Counted from the stretch's first letter, positions 47,450 through 62,212 are shown. The stretch is 63,968 nt of DNA from Sphaerodactylus townsendi (GCF_021028975.2 NC_059425.1:6014033-6078000); one strand, 5' to 3'. Program-made: numbers and translations. Notes: generated by a model from the sequence alone, not told the origin.

Positions 47450-47635
47450 TCAGAAAGCAAGATGTTTGCTAGCTAGAGCAGTTAATAAACCTACCTTAAA
47501 ACCATATAATTTGGCTTATGAATTAAATCAGCAAACCCATTGTTCCTTCTATCAGGAGCAGATTTACCCAGGAATCCATCACAATTTCTCTGCTTTTGGA
47601 TATCCTGCCCACAGATCAGCTTTCCACTGATGTAG

Positions 47636-47815
<180 letters not shown>

Positions 47816-48495
47816 TGATCCCAATAGCAGATCTCTACTACCCTCCATGATCCTTCCTCTGATTTGGGATGCCTTCTGGGGGTACATTGCAGAGAGGAAG
47901 CCCCTGCCTGGCAGTCCTGTGTTGGACCACCTCAAACGACATCAGAAAAGTTTCCAGGGTGTTAAGTCTCGAATCTTAAGTCAATCAACGGACTCTGTAG
48001 TATTGATCAGTCGCGTTTATGGATGAGGTATTGAAGCACAAAAGCTCTGCAAAACCAATTCTGACAAACCGGGCTTTCCCCATCCCCTTTATCCCATTGC
48101 AAGTCCCCCTTCCCGCTTTCCCATAAACTGTGAAAAACAGTCCCGAGAGCTGAAGTGCCCCAAGGTGAGCGGCAGATAGTCAGAGAGAGCCACCTGGCCT
48201 CCTGCCCCAACGAGATAACAGATGCAGCTCTGCTTCTCATGGGACCAGGGTGTCAGAGGGAGCCTAGTTATCTACAAAGCATATCAAGCCATTAAGTAAA
48301 GATGGAGGAAAGAATGTTTCAAAGGGCAATGGTAACATATAGCAGGCTGGTTACATATATCTTTTAGCAGCATTGATTGATAGGTTTAATCCATTACATT
48401 GAGTTAGGAATGCATCTCAATCACATAGATACAATCCCCTTGACACAGCGGAATGCTTAGTCAAGGTGGGGACTGCCTGAACTAAGAGGTGGCTA

Positions 48496-48790
48496 AGCAG
48501 TGGCGTAGGAGGTTAAGAGCTCGTGTATCTAATCTGGAGGAACTGGGTTTGATCCCCAGCTCTGCCGCCTGAGCTGTGGAGGCTTATCTGGGGAATTCAG
48601 ATTAGCCTGTACACTCCCACACACGCCAGCCGGGTGACCTTGGGCTAGTCACAGCTTCTCGGAGCTCTCTCAGCCCCACCTACCTCACAGGATGTTTGTT
48701 GTGAGGGGGGAAGGGCAAGGAGATTGTCAGCCCCTTTGAGTCTCCTGCAGGAGAGAAAGGGGGGATATAAATCCAAACTCTTATTCTTCT
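48496..48790 (+). mobile_element. Full-length tRNA-headed CORE-like SINE
   Basis: A-box-like TGGCGTAGGAGG, B-box-like GGTTTGATCCC, CORE-like GTGACCTTGGGCTAGTCAC..CCTACCTCACAGG; absent at the paralogous site ~23250. Confidence 0.88.
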
Positions 48791-50049
48791 ATGGAGGGAA
48801 CTCTGCTGGCTTCTTTGCCCATGACTGATTTTACAGCTGCATTTCTGCAACACACCCTCTGCCCACCAGTGCCCTGCGGAGGCTTTTCCCTCCAAAATGT
48901 CATGTGCCTGACCTTTAAACTCTGAGCAGCCCTTCCTGGTAGCTTCTGTTGAAAAGCGTAGCATGTGAAGAATGTATTTGGCTGTAATTTCACTGTTTTC
49001 CCACGCTTTACTAAAAATAAATATAAATGGGCTCCTTTAGCTCAGATTCCAGGCACTTCCCAATTTGTCAGAGAGTGTTGCTAGTTTAAAATCAAACCTC
49101 CTTTCCTAGTCGGAAAACAAACAGGCACAGGAGACTTTTTAGAAGTTGAAAAATATGAACTAGATGAGATTCATTTAAAAACAAGGAAGATATTTGTCAA
49201 AGCAAAAATAACAAGAATAAAGCAATTAAGTTGGTGCACTATATGAAAAGAAATTATGACTTATTCCACAGATTGTCTTTTCGGTTATTCTGAAGCTGTT
49301 TTATTTCTTAGGTCTTTGCAATTACGTAAACCAGTCAGGTGTTTTAAAAGCTTTTCAGTTGCTACTACAGTTCTCCTTGTCTATTCTCATTTCTGAGAAG
49401 ACAACTTTACACTCAGGTAACAGATGTTTTTAGCAGGATTTCTGCACGCTGCCTAGGACAATCTGAACCCACTAAGGTTTATGAGTAGTATTTTCTTCCT
49501 TCTGCGCCCCTACAGAATACAATTCACTCCCTTCTCTGTGAAGGGCCACAGTCCTTTATGAGCATTTCCTCCTTATTCTTCCTTAGTAGATTTCCCTCAG
49601 AGATAAAAACAGCCACTGGTGTGCTTTGGCGTACCACTGCTGTATTACTGGGAACTCAGAATAGGTCACTCTTGTCTGCCCTCACAAAAAGTAAGCTTTG
49701 CACCAAAAGAACAGAGCAATTCCCTAATGCAGCCACTCCTTAGCTCACCCTGCTGCAGAACTCCCTTTCAGTTCCCACAGCACTGACAAAAAACTGACTC
49801 TTTAGTTGCCACCCAATCACAAGCATCCCCTGGAATCCATCACAGTTTCCTTCTCAGTTTGACAGGGAGCAGCCACAGAACTGCTGGATGGACGATTCTT
49901 TGCTCTGTACTGTCCCTCATCCCATTCCTAATACTTACTTATTGTGTATTTCTGGATGGGCTGTCATCCTCACTTGGGATTGAGGAATTTATTTGGACTT
50001 AGAAGAGTTATAATTTTGGTGGTGGTTGTGTTTTCCCCCTGATTACAAG

Positions 50050-50142
50050 GTCCCCTGATTGCTAAGCCTGAGCTCATCTCCCAGCTTGAAGAGGAAGAAG
50101 AGATGTTTCTTGGGATTTTTGATGAAGAGGAGGAACTGACAG
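50050..50142 (+). CDS. KZNF gene C KRAB-B exon
   Basis: 93 nt; PLIAKPELISQLEEEEEMFLGIFDEEEELT; AG/GT. Confidence 0.88.
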
Positions 50143-50904
50143 GTAGCTACTATGTGTTCCTCGGGACTGTACTTTGCCTGTGCTTCCTTTTAAGAGCGGG
50201 TGGATTTCTGTGAGGATTATCATCACTGTTTGATCTTCTCTTCCTTTTGAGCTTGAATGAGATGTGAATGCTGAAATGGGGGCTGTAGATCTGGAAACTA
50301 TGAAAAGAGCCAGCTTCCTTGTACCAAGTCAGATCACTTATTCCCTGTCCCCCCTGAGTGACCTTGGCCCTATGGCAGGGCTGTTTCCCAGGCACCTGAA
50401 ACCCCTTTAAATGGAGATGCCAGGCACTGGTCTTGGCACATGGAAAGCATGCATTTTCTCTCAGAGCAATTCCAGAGAGCACTCACACTAGTGCATTTCA
50501 CCTTCTTCTCCCCTCGGTTCACAACAGAGTTGTCAGCGGTTCTGAGCAGCCTGGCACATAGAGATTTCCCAACATGATAGCACAGCACTATAAAACCCCA
50601 CATCTTGCAGAGGCAATCCTTGCTTTCTCGGTACTTTTCAAGCCTTCGCCAGGATTCATCTCCAGTTGTCAATATCATAGATGAATGAAGCAGGTTTACT
50701 AAACAAAGGAACGTGCAAAGGTGGTGTGAGCTGTTGGTGGGTTGCATAGCAGAAGTTCTGACAGGCGAGGGCAGGGGACAGAAGAATCACCTGTCAAGTA
50801 AAAGGAAGAACCTGGTCACGCTTAAACTGGTAGGATGTAGCACAGACTCTGGGGGAATATATGACCTTTGAGAGAGGCTGCAGTCTGCATCTTTCTGAGG
50901 TTAG

Positions 50905-51345
50905 TTAATGTATTTATTGTTTGTTTGTATTTAATATACCGCCCACCCCCGAAGGGCTCTGGGCGGTGGACAACATCTGATAAAACAACATAAAAACAGT
51001 AAACCTATTAAAACATACAGATTAATTAAAACAATCCATAGATGGCAAAAACAGCCTAATTCCTGAGTGATCAGAAAACCTACAACCCACCCTCACCCCA
51101 GGGAAGGCACTCACTTCAGCAGCTGCCCCCCCCTCCCCCATGGCCTAGTGGAACAACTCCATTTGGCAGGCCCTACAGAACTGCTTAAGATCCCGCAAGG
51201 CTCGGATGGTTGGAGGCAGAATGTTCCACCAGGCTGGGGCCAAGACACTAAAGGCCCTGGCCTGGGTGGAGGCCAGCCGCATCATAGAGGGGTCGCAGAT
51301 CACCAATAAGTTGGTCTCTGCCAAATAGAGTGGCCGACTAGGGAG
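50905..51345 (-). mobile_element. L2 3' fragment
   Basis: Reverse complement resembles 43800-44000 plus L2-type tail (ATACCGCCC..GGGCGGT hairpin, AT-rich). Confidence 0.75.
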
Positions 51346-51917
51346 ATGAGGTTATAGGGAAGGTATGATGACGTTATTTCCAGGATTGATCTGAATATAA
51401 CTGAGACCCTCTAATTTTCCCATTCCATTTCTGTAATCATTTTCCATTTCTACTTTCTTCCCAGGTTTAACTAAAATTTTAAAAAGTAGGAGAGAGGTTG
51501 GAGTTAGAGTCGTTGGGGGATCCTTGTTACTTCATTATATTGAAAGGTTGGGGAGAGGATGTGGCTTAAACAACTTCTGGGGGGCTTTTTTGAGGATTGG
51601 AGGGCAGGTTATTCATGTTCTAGCCAAACCCCACAAATTTTCATTGCCTTTATCGCAGAGCCCCAGTTCAATCATATCTCCCTGACGACCTTCATCGTTG
51701 CCTAATAACAAAGTTATAGGCCTGTGGTTACATTTTGGGGCTGATGTTTTGATTTTCAGTTTAGGTCAGTGAAGGATCTCTCTGCCAGTAACTGTCCTGA
51801 TGAAATCCTATTCTCCATTCTGTGTGGTATTTCGTATGACCACATTACCCTCCAGGACTTTGGAAATGGTTTTCAGACTCCTGGCCTTTGAATTCTTGCA
51901 TTATGTACAGCAGTTAA

Positions 51918-53921
<2,004 letters not shown>

Positions 53922-55049
53922 ATGCGTGGAGTGTGAAAAAGACTTCAGTGATAGAGTAAAGCTTACTTCCCATCAAAGTATTCACACGGAGAAAACATAT
54001 AAATGCTTCCTGAGTGGAAAAGTCTTCAGTCAAGTAGATGTCTTACTTCCCTCCAAAGAATTCACACAGGGGACAAACCATACAAATGATTGTAGTGCGA
54101 AAAAGCCTTCAGTCACAGCCCATCTTACTTTATTTACATCAGAGAATTTGCACAACCTTACTTTCTGTCAAAAAATGTATACCGGGCAGAACCCATATAA
54201 ATGCTTAGAGTGCGGAAAAGACTTCAGTCAGAGAGAAAATCTTACTTCCCATCAAAGTATTCACACGGGAGAAACCATACAAATGCCTGGAGTGTGAAAA
54301 AAGTTTCAACTGGCTTTCATACCTTACTTATCATCAAATAAATCACATGGAGGAAATCATAGTAAATACAGCTAAATAGTCTCCATTCTCTGCTGCAATT
54401 TAGTCATCCACCTCTGGACACACTTCAATATTTTTCATGCATTGTGGTGCTCAGAATTGGATGCAGTGTTCCAGGTGAGGTCTGAGCAATGCAAACTGAT
54501 ACAGTGGTACTATTTATTCCCTGAGATCCAACCCAGAGTGTCAATCAAGGAAAGTATGGAAAGCTGTTGGCCTTTTATGTATTGCCCCCACATGTCAATG
54601 GGTCACACAGAACAGGGCCTCCGGGGGCCGATCCTTTTGTCACTCCCAAATGTCACCCCCAAAGCCCCATGGGCCACAAGATCTGCTGTCCCACATCTGA
54701 CTCATCGCAGAACCTGGCAGCTGGCATTTCTCCCAGAGCGGAAAGTTTTTTCCCCGAAATGTCCTCTTTTAAAACAGACAAGAACTCTATGAAGTGGCTC
54801 ATGATTGGCATTGGGTGGAAAAGGTAATTCTTCTTGGCACCTACTGGAAAACAGCTCCAAATCCTCCAATGAGCATTTACCATTTGGAATTGAAGTAGAG
54901 CATGACAAAGACTCCTGCCTGGTTAAAAGCAGATCTCTGGGAATATGATTGAACAATGATTTCTGCAGGAGGAAGTAGTACAAATCAAAGTCTTGGAGGT
55001 GCCCTTCCAGAGGAGAAGGAACATTTGAAGATCCAGACCACGGGCATCA

Positions 55050-55655
55050 ATGTTGGTGCTGGTATTTTAGATCGTTATTCTGCCCTCAAATTTTTCAATG
55101 CCAAAGTCGCCTCGAGATTGCTTTGCGGAGTCCCAATTTGGATTCAAGCTATTAACCACTCCTTGAATTATCTTCAATCCAAATTTTTCACAAGATAACT
55201 GGACTCCCAAATTGTGTGCCCTATGCAGCCCTTTGTCTGGAGTTAGGTCAAAACTCCTTGGAATCAGCCGCTTGGCTGAGGACTTTTAGATTCTGGCTGC
55301 GAATTCATTTTCTCTCAGACTGTAATTCCCTGGTCCACCGTCTGCTCTCTGACACCCATTCCAACCCCTGGTTTTCCATAATTGAAGAAAAAATTGCCTC
55401 TATCGGACTGTCAGTGGATTCACTTTGCCCTTTGTCCTATTCAGAAGCTTGTAGGAAATTAAAAGGTCAACTATTGGATAGAGAGTTCTCTACCCTAATC
55501 ACCGCAGCCAAGATAACGTGCTCCCCCCAGACTTTCTCCTGGAAATTACTAAATGCCAGTAGATTTCCTTCGTCCTAACATGTATATCCTGTATTGTATA
55601 TGCTTTTTAATCTGTTTTTATTATTGTTGTACTGCTGTCTATGCCAATAAAGGTT
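55050..55655 (+). mobile_element. Non-LTR retrotransposon ORF2 C-terminal fragment (clade uncertain)
   Basis: LLCGVPIW...LQSKF...VPYAALCLELG; ends GCCAATAAAGGT. Confidence 0.6.
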
Positions 55656-55662
55656 TGCTTCT

Positions 55663-56043
55663 TGTCACAATACTAGAACCAGGGGGCATACATTGAAAAT
55701 GCTGGGGGAAAGAATTAGGACTAAGAAAAGGAAACACTTCTTCATGCAACGTGTGATTGGTGTTTGGAATATGCTGCCACAGGAGGTGGTGATGGCCACT
55801 CACCTGGATAGCTTTAAAAAGGGTTTGGACAGATTTATGGAGAAGTCGATCTATGGCTACCAATCTTGATCCTCTTTGATCTGAGGTTGCAAATGCCTTA
55901 GCAGACCAGGTGCTCGGGAGCAGCAGCAGAAGGCCATTGCTTTCACCTCCTGCATGTGAGCTCCCAAAGGCACCTGGCAAGTAGCAGAGAGCTGGACTAG
56001 ATGGACTCTGGTCTGATCCAGGTGGTTTGTTCTTATGTTCTTA
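55663..56043 (+). mobile_element. CR1 3' fragment
   Basis: Close match to 37042-37443. Confidence 0.9.
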
Positions 56044-56082
56044 AGCAAGAGCAGCTGAGGAGGAGGACCACCAGAGCAGTCA

Positions 56083-56205
56083 GAGAGAAGTCTGTTACAC
56101 ACTGTGATACACCTCTGAAGATGCCAGTCACATATGCAGGCGAAACATTAGGAACAAAATCTACCAGACCACAGCCACACAGCCCAGAAAGCCCATAACA
56201 ACCTA
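56083..56205 (+). mobile_element. Penelope-like terminal fragment with hammerhead-like core (56112-56152)
   Basis: CCT-CTGAAGA-TGCC..GGC-GAAA-CATT-AGG. Confidence 0.65.
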
Positions 56206-56380
56206 TTGAATTTGGCCCACAATACATCCCAGTCATCTGTTGAGCGGGGAGATTATTCTGCTTGTGACCATCTGGAGGCGTTTCATTTGGACACATTAAA
56301 CACAGCAGAAGTTTTAGGTGCAATAGCTGGCCTCTCACCCGCCCCGAACCTCTGCAACAGGGAGGGCTAATATGATAGAG

Positions 56381-56508
56381 CATAGGTGTCAAACTCGCAG
56401 CCCTCCAGATGTTATGGACTACAGTTCCCATCATCCCCTGCCGGCACGAGCAATTAGCCATGAACTGTAGTCCATGACATCTGGAGGGCTGCGTGTTTGA
56501 CACCAGTG
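56381..56508. mobile_element. Palindromic hAT-type MITE
   Basis: TIR CATAGGTGTCAAAC / GTTTGACACCAGTG; TSD TGATAGAG / TGATAAAG; ACTACAGTTCCCA at 56418. Confidence 0.85.
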
Positions 56509-56619
56509 TGATAAAGTATATATATACTTATATTTATATTATGTAAAGTAGATATATATGTGGAAGAGCGGGGAAAACGAATAATGCACGCACGCACGCA
56601 CGCGTAGAAAGTGACGTTC

Positions 56620-57300
56620 CTGTCGGCCTCCCAGATGCCCCCCAACTTGGACACAGCTGCACCCCCGCAGACCCCCTCAGCAGTCCTCCGAGGGGTAAAG
56701 GGAGAGAGAGACGCAGTCCTAGAGAAGGTCACCGGAAGGTGGGGGAGTCACTTCCGGCCACTCCCGGAAGCAGCCTCGGACCCCCCTGAGATGCCGTTTG
56801 ACTGGGCGGGCGGGAAGCTGGTGAGCGGGAGGGGAGGGCGGCGGGGGGGGGGGGGGGGCCCAGAGGTGCTTTTCGAAAGTAGACGCAGGAGAGGAGGGAG
56901 GGGGAGTCTTTGGGTGAGGCGGGGGGAGGGCACAGACCAAAGGACCCCGAGAGCTGGGACAGAGGGGGGAGGATCAAGTGGGGAAGGCGCTGGACCCCCG
57001 AAATAAGGAGACCCCCCTCCTCTTCCTCCTCCCCACCACCGGCGAGGGGCCAGGCAGAGCTTCAGGGTCGCCCCCCGGATAAGGCACTCGCCGCTGAGCT
57101 GGCGGGCGAGGAAGCGTCTCTGGCGCGTAGAGCAGGGAGGGGAACGAGGAAGGGGGGACCCCCCCCCCCAGGAGCCAGGGGGGCAGCCGACACCCCAGCA
57201 GGTTTTCCTCGGACCTGAACGACCCCCCGACCCCCCCGTGCGATTTTGTCTTTGGGGAACCGGAGCTCGGGTCGGAGCCCCCTCTGCCCGGGGGGTTTGC
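56620..57300 (+). promoter_or_regulatory. Module D CpG-island promoter with three ETS cores
   Basis: ACCGGAAG 56731, CACTTCCGG 56749, CCGGAAG 56764. Confidence 0.68.
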
Positions 57301-57680
57301 CCAAGAGGGGCTGCTTCTGGGGAGGGGGTCGTGTGCTCTTTTTTCCTCCCCTTCCCCACCTGGTTGTGGAGCATCAGGGCCCCTCCTCCGATCTCTGGCT
57401 TTCCTGCCAAGCTGGAGTCTGCAACTGAGCCGCTTCAGGGGGCTGCCTTATGAAACCCCCCCACCCCCGGGGTGGCTTCAGGCAGGGTGAGGAACTCTTT
57501 GCCCCCCAGAGGTTGGAAGGAGGGTCAAACACTCCGGAGCCTTCCTCGATCCAAGGGGGTCCCTTTCAGTTGGGCCCCGAAGCCATTATGGGGAGAGGGT
57601 CTTTCAGGGGACTGGCCCAGGAAACGCGTTTGTCGCGCAAAGAAGGAACCCCCCACCCTTTTTATTTCTCCCTCTCCCAG

Positions 57681-57766
57681 GCAAGGGTGAAAAGACATAC
57701 TTGATGCCTCCTCCGCCATCTCCCGCGCTTGGCGAAAGGAAGAGAGCCGCCATGCAACAATCTCAG
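57681..57766 (+). CDS. KZNF-type start exon D1 (ATG 57752, MQQSQ)
   Basis: Homologous to 34612-34697; Kozak and splice sites intact. Confidence 0.6.
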
Positions 57767-58179
57767 GTAAAGGGGGGAGTTGTTTCCTGGTCAGGCATGC
57801 ACGAGAGGGCAGGGATGGTTCCTTCTGTTCCAGGGCTTGGAAGATCGGACTCCTTGCCCTTGGTTCTGGTGCTGCTGGACTTTGAGACTGCCCATGGTGA
57901 CCACCACCCCCTACCCTGGTCTAGACTGGGAGGAACAGAGAAGGCCAAGCAGGAACTCTGAAACAAAACTGGGCCATGAATTTCCCATGTCAGTTACTGC
58001 GTGGACATCTCTTCCTCACAAGGCAGCTAGCCCCCTGCCAGTAAAGAGAGCCCCTCTGGCTCCAGGATGCCCCCAAAGAGGGATGAGGGGGGGCAAATAT
58101 CCCCACAGGGCTCTACTCCCCTCCTCTTTCTGAAGTTGTTCTACTATTAATTTGTTGTCTCTTAACATTAAGCTAAATG

Positions 58180-58570
58180 TGACCACAATTCAGGAAGGAT
58201 CTCGCCAAGCTGGAGCGTGTCCAGAGGAAGGCAACCGAAAGGGTCTAGAATCCAGGCCCTGTGGGGAGAGGTTTAGGGGGCTGGGCATGTTGAGTCTGGA
58301 GAAGGAAAGGTTCAGGGGGGACATGATAGCCCTGCTTAAATATTTGAAGAGATGTCTGTTCAAGAAGGAACAAGCTTGCGTTCTGCTGCTCCAGAGACTA
58401 GAACACTGAGTAGCGGATGCAAACTATGAGAAAAGAGATTACACCTAAACATAAGGAAGAAGTTCCTGACAATAAGGGCTGTTTGACTGTGGAATTCGCT
58501 GCCTTGGAAAGTGGTGGATTCTCCTTCTTTGGAAGTTTGGAGGTTTTTGCAAAGAGGCTGGATGGCCTCC
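58180..58570 (+). mobile_element. Old CR1 fragment
   Basis: [28 protein letters not shown]. Confidence 0.8.
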
Positions 58571-58941
58571 CCACTCCTGCCAAGGCAGCTCCCATATTTC
58601 CTTCCTCCAGGAAAATGTTTTGGGGGTGGGGGGGCTTTCCTCCTTTTTAAAAAAGCTGACAGTTTTCATCTCGTAACTCTGTGCCTACCAGTATGTACCA
58701 AGGAACAGTATTCAGTAGCTGGCTTAATAAACCAATCTTAAAAAAAAAAAAAAAAAGCCCTGGTGGAATAGAGGCAGGGGGTGGTGGTAACTCTGGATCA
58801 CAAAAACTGGGGGAAATTCCCATGCGGAAGCTCCATTGCCTCGGGACTGTGTCCGCAAAACAGCCACGATGGGAGATCACGCCGGTCTTTTCCCCTCCCA
58901 CCGCCCCATCCCCTGCATTTTGTTCTCCTTTGTTCTTGTAA

Positions 58942-59802
58942 TCAAGAACAGCAGTGGCGTAGGAGGTTAAGAGCTCGTGTATCTAATCTGGAGCAGCAGT
59001 GGGGTAGGAGGTTAAGAGCTCGTGTATCTAATCTGGAGGAACCGGGTTTGATTCCCAGCTCTGCCGGCTGAGCTGTGGAGGCTTATCTGGGGAATTCAGA
59101 TTAGCCTGTACGCTCCCACTCATGCCAGCTGGGTGACCTTGGGCTAGTCACAGCTTCTCGGAGCTCTCTCAGCCCCTCCTACCTCACAGGGTGTTTGTTG
59201 TGAGGGGGGGAAGGGCAAGGAGATTGTCAGCCCCTTTGAGTCTCCTGCAGGAGAGAAAGGGGGGATATAAATCCAAACTCTTCTTCTAATCCAGTCCAAT
59301 CCAAAAACCTTTATCGGGCATAAACCAGAAGTACCATACATTCCAAATACAAAAACAGGATCATTGTTACATATCATGTAGAACATGGATTAAACATGTA
59401 GCAACTGCTTCAGAAATTTCTACATGAGGGTTGTTCAATAGCTGAGACATTTTTTGTTTGTCTGAGAAAAACATAAATTCTAGAGGTAGTAAAGCTCCCA
59501 GATCGGTTCTAATGTCATTATACCTCGAACAGTAAAGCAGGATATGAGGGGTTGAGTCCATAGCGTTGGGACAGTACCGACAGCAACGCTCACTTTGTGG
59601 GATGTTAAGGAAACGACCTTGAAGATAGACAGAGGGGAATGAGTTGCACCTTGCTCTGGTCATGACCCATCTGCACTTATAATTAACAAGCTGTTCTAAG
59701 TATACAGCAGGGCTAGATTTCGGGGGTGTGATCCCAAAGGGGAACAGGAGCTTTGTGCAGCACTCAGGAGAGATTGGTATTCCTGGTCGTACAGTCTGAT
59801 CT
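58942..59802 (-). mobile_element. 5'-truncated LINE with CCHC knuckle (clade uncertain); SINE nested in its tail
   Basis: RCCRYC..HILLYCSRY; (TGGAT)-like tail; 13-bp TSD TTTGTTCTTGTAA at 58929 and 59803. Confidence 0.78.
58949..59287 (+). mobile_element. tRNA/CORE-like SINE with duplicated 45-nt head
   Basis: Same family as 48496; 58949-58993 repeated at 58994-59038. Confidence 0.9.
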
Positions 59803-60626
59803 TTTGTTCTTGTAAGTTTCCTGTTGTCTGGGGGCTCTTTTTCTACTCTGCTGCATATTCATGGGGAGGAGCTCTTCCTTTGCCTTGCAGATGATCAAAT
59901 GCAGTCGCTGGATCTCTTTGAGATCATCAGGGAAAAAGCACCGCCCATCTCTGGCATGTGCAAGAATCTGACATCTGGTCCAAATGTCTAGGAGGGAGTT
60001 CTCACAGAGATGAACATGGTGGAGTGGACGGGAAAAACATCAGGGCTTTTCTGTCTGCTTTTTCCACACGTGGATTCAAGGGAGCTTCACCTGAGACTGT
60101 GGATGGAGGAATGCGTTTTTCCCTCTGTTAACATTTCCCTACCACAGAAATGCATCATGGCCATCCAGTCAGGGAGGGTAGGAACTATGTCCTTGGATGG
60201 TTAGTTTTCTGGGTGCGGGGAGATAGTCACTCCTAGCTGGCATCTGTCACCTGCAACTTTACATCAAGCAGACCGTTCCATCCCGCAGGACGCTGCCTGC
60301 CCAAAACCAGCATAGCCCCCTACATGTGGGGCATAGCTACTGAGTGGGGTGGCTTCAGCCAGGGTCAGCAAATCTTTTCCCCGGAGTGGATGTGAAGAGG
60401 TTGGAAGGAAATAGCTTGAAGAGGGTGAATGAATGTAGGACCACCCCCAAATAGAGTGGCTCAGATGATGGGTCAAACACTCCGGAATCTTCCTAGATCA
60501 AAGGTGGTCCCCTCAGTTGTGCCCTGAAGCCATTATGGAGAGAGGGTCATTCGAGAAACTGGCACAGGAAACGTTTGTAGTGCCAAAAAAGGAATCCCCC
60601 ACCCCTTTCATTTCTCCCCCTCCCAG

Positions 60627-60712
60627 GCAAGAGTGAAAAGACATATTTGATGCCTTCTCCACCATCTCCTGCGCTTGGTGAAAGGAAGAGAGCCGCCATG
60701 CGACCAGCTCAG
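60627..60712 (+). CDS. KZNF-type start exon D2 (ATG 60698, MRPAQ)
   Basis: GCCGCCATGCGACCAGCTCAG|GTAAAA; acceptor intact. Confidence 0.55.
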
Positions 60713-60804
60713 GTAAAAGGAGGGGGTTACTGCTCAGACATGCATAAGTAGAAAGCGATGGTTCCTTCTGTTCCAAGGATTGGAGGATCGGGCTCCTTGT
60801 CCTT

Positions 60805-61100
60805 CATTATTGTTGTTGTTGTTGTTGTTATTATTAATTGTATTTATAAACCGCCCTCCCCCGAAGGGCTCAGGGCGGTGAACAAAACATAGAAATAGAG
60901 CACACAATAAAATCAGTAGTATCAAATTGGATTAAATAAACATTAAACAGTGGCTCTAACAATGTTAAAATCACCCCATTAAAAGCAGCGATCAGTCAAA
61001 TATATAGATGGCGTCCTACTAACGGATCCCCAAAGAAGAAAAAGAGGAAGGAACGGTAGGATCCACAGATGTTATAGAAAGAAGAAAAAAGGGGCATTTT
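60805..61100 (-). mobile_element. L2-type 3' tail fragment
   Basis: (TTG)n/(TTA)n then ACCGCCCT..AGGGCGGT hairpin as at 50940; interrupts the paralogous intron sequence. Confidence 0.6.
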
Positions 61101-61368
61101 TGTGCTGCTAGATTTCAAGACTGCCCATGGTGACCCACCCCCTCCTCTTCTAAACTGGCAGGAGCAGAGAAGGCCAAGCAGGAACTCTGACACAAAACTG
61201 GGCCGTGAATTTCCCATGTCAGTTACCATGTAGACATTGCTGGCCTCTTCCTCACAAGGCAGCTAGCCCCCTGCCAGTGAAGTCAGCCCCTCTGGCTCCA
61301 GGATGCCCTCAAAGAGAGATGGGGGTGGGGGGCCAAATGTCCCCACAGGACTCTGCTCTTCTCCTCTT

Positions 61369-61785
61369 TGTAATCACAGGAGAGCCTCAATACCAAGAGC
61401 ATGCCTCAGGAGTTCCAGGGAACAGGATGGAGGAGGCAAAGCCCTAGCCAGGCTGCAGTCAACAGCCCACAGCAGTCTTAGTGGGGCCGGGCCAGCACAG
61501 CTCTAGCCAGGCTGCAATCATGGAGGAGGGCCAGGAAGGCTGAAGGCCACTAGAAAGCTTGAGCAGGGAGCTCCCGGGAGGGAGGAGATGTCCTGGGAGG
61601 GATAAAAGGAAGGCAGGGCAAGAGGCGTTGGTTGGTGTGATGCAGAGGTTCTACCTTGCAGGAGTCCTGTTAAATACCTGACTGAAGTAAAGAGCTAATA
61701 AACAAGACACAATTATCATGTCCTGTTTGTTCCAGAAGCGTAGCCAAGCTCCTGCGAGGCATAACTGGCAGAGGGGGCCCTCACA
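61369..61785 (+). mobile_element. Probable solo LTR
   Basis: TG...CA ends, TATA-like GATAAAAG at 61601, AATAAA at 61697; paralog homology stops at its 5' edge; no TSD. Confidence 0.45.
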
Positions 61786-62115
61786 CAGTTCTTCTGCAGT
61801 CAACAAGTAAAACTGATTTTAATGTGATTTTTAAAAGATCACAATTGCTAGATATTTTGCAACAGTTCTAGGTCTTGGGTGCTGTGTGGTTTCCGGGCTG
61901 TTCTAGGTCTTCCTGGATCCAAATCTGCCCACTTGGGCATTGGGTACTTCAGAAATGACCTCCGTTCTCAGATTAAAAGTGGCAATAAAAGCCCTAGATT
62001 CAAATGAGTCTTGTGCAAACTCCACTCCAAGCATATTACTGTGACACAACTTGGCACTCCTGTCAACTGTCACAGGCCCTGCAGAAGTGTGTTGTCTGAA
62101 GATTCACTTATTCAG

Positions 62116-62185
62116 GTGCCTACCCCAAGCAGACCCTGTGCCTACCCCAAGCAGACCCTGTGCCTACCCCAAGCAGACCCTGTGC
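62116..62185. repeat. 22-bp tandem repeat x3
   Basis: GTGCCTACCCCAAGCAGACCCT three times. Confidence 0.95.
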
Positions 62186-62212
62186 GAGCGGCCCCGCAGA
62201 AGCCGGTGCAAA

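Noticed and set aside
48496-48570. tRNA gene
   Set aside because: A/B-box-like motifs belong to a SINE head; no cloverleaf.
62116-62185. CRISPR-like repeat
   Set aside because: Contiguous 22-mers without spacers in vertebrate DNA; a simple minisatellite. The 84-bp ZF periodicity is likewise coding.
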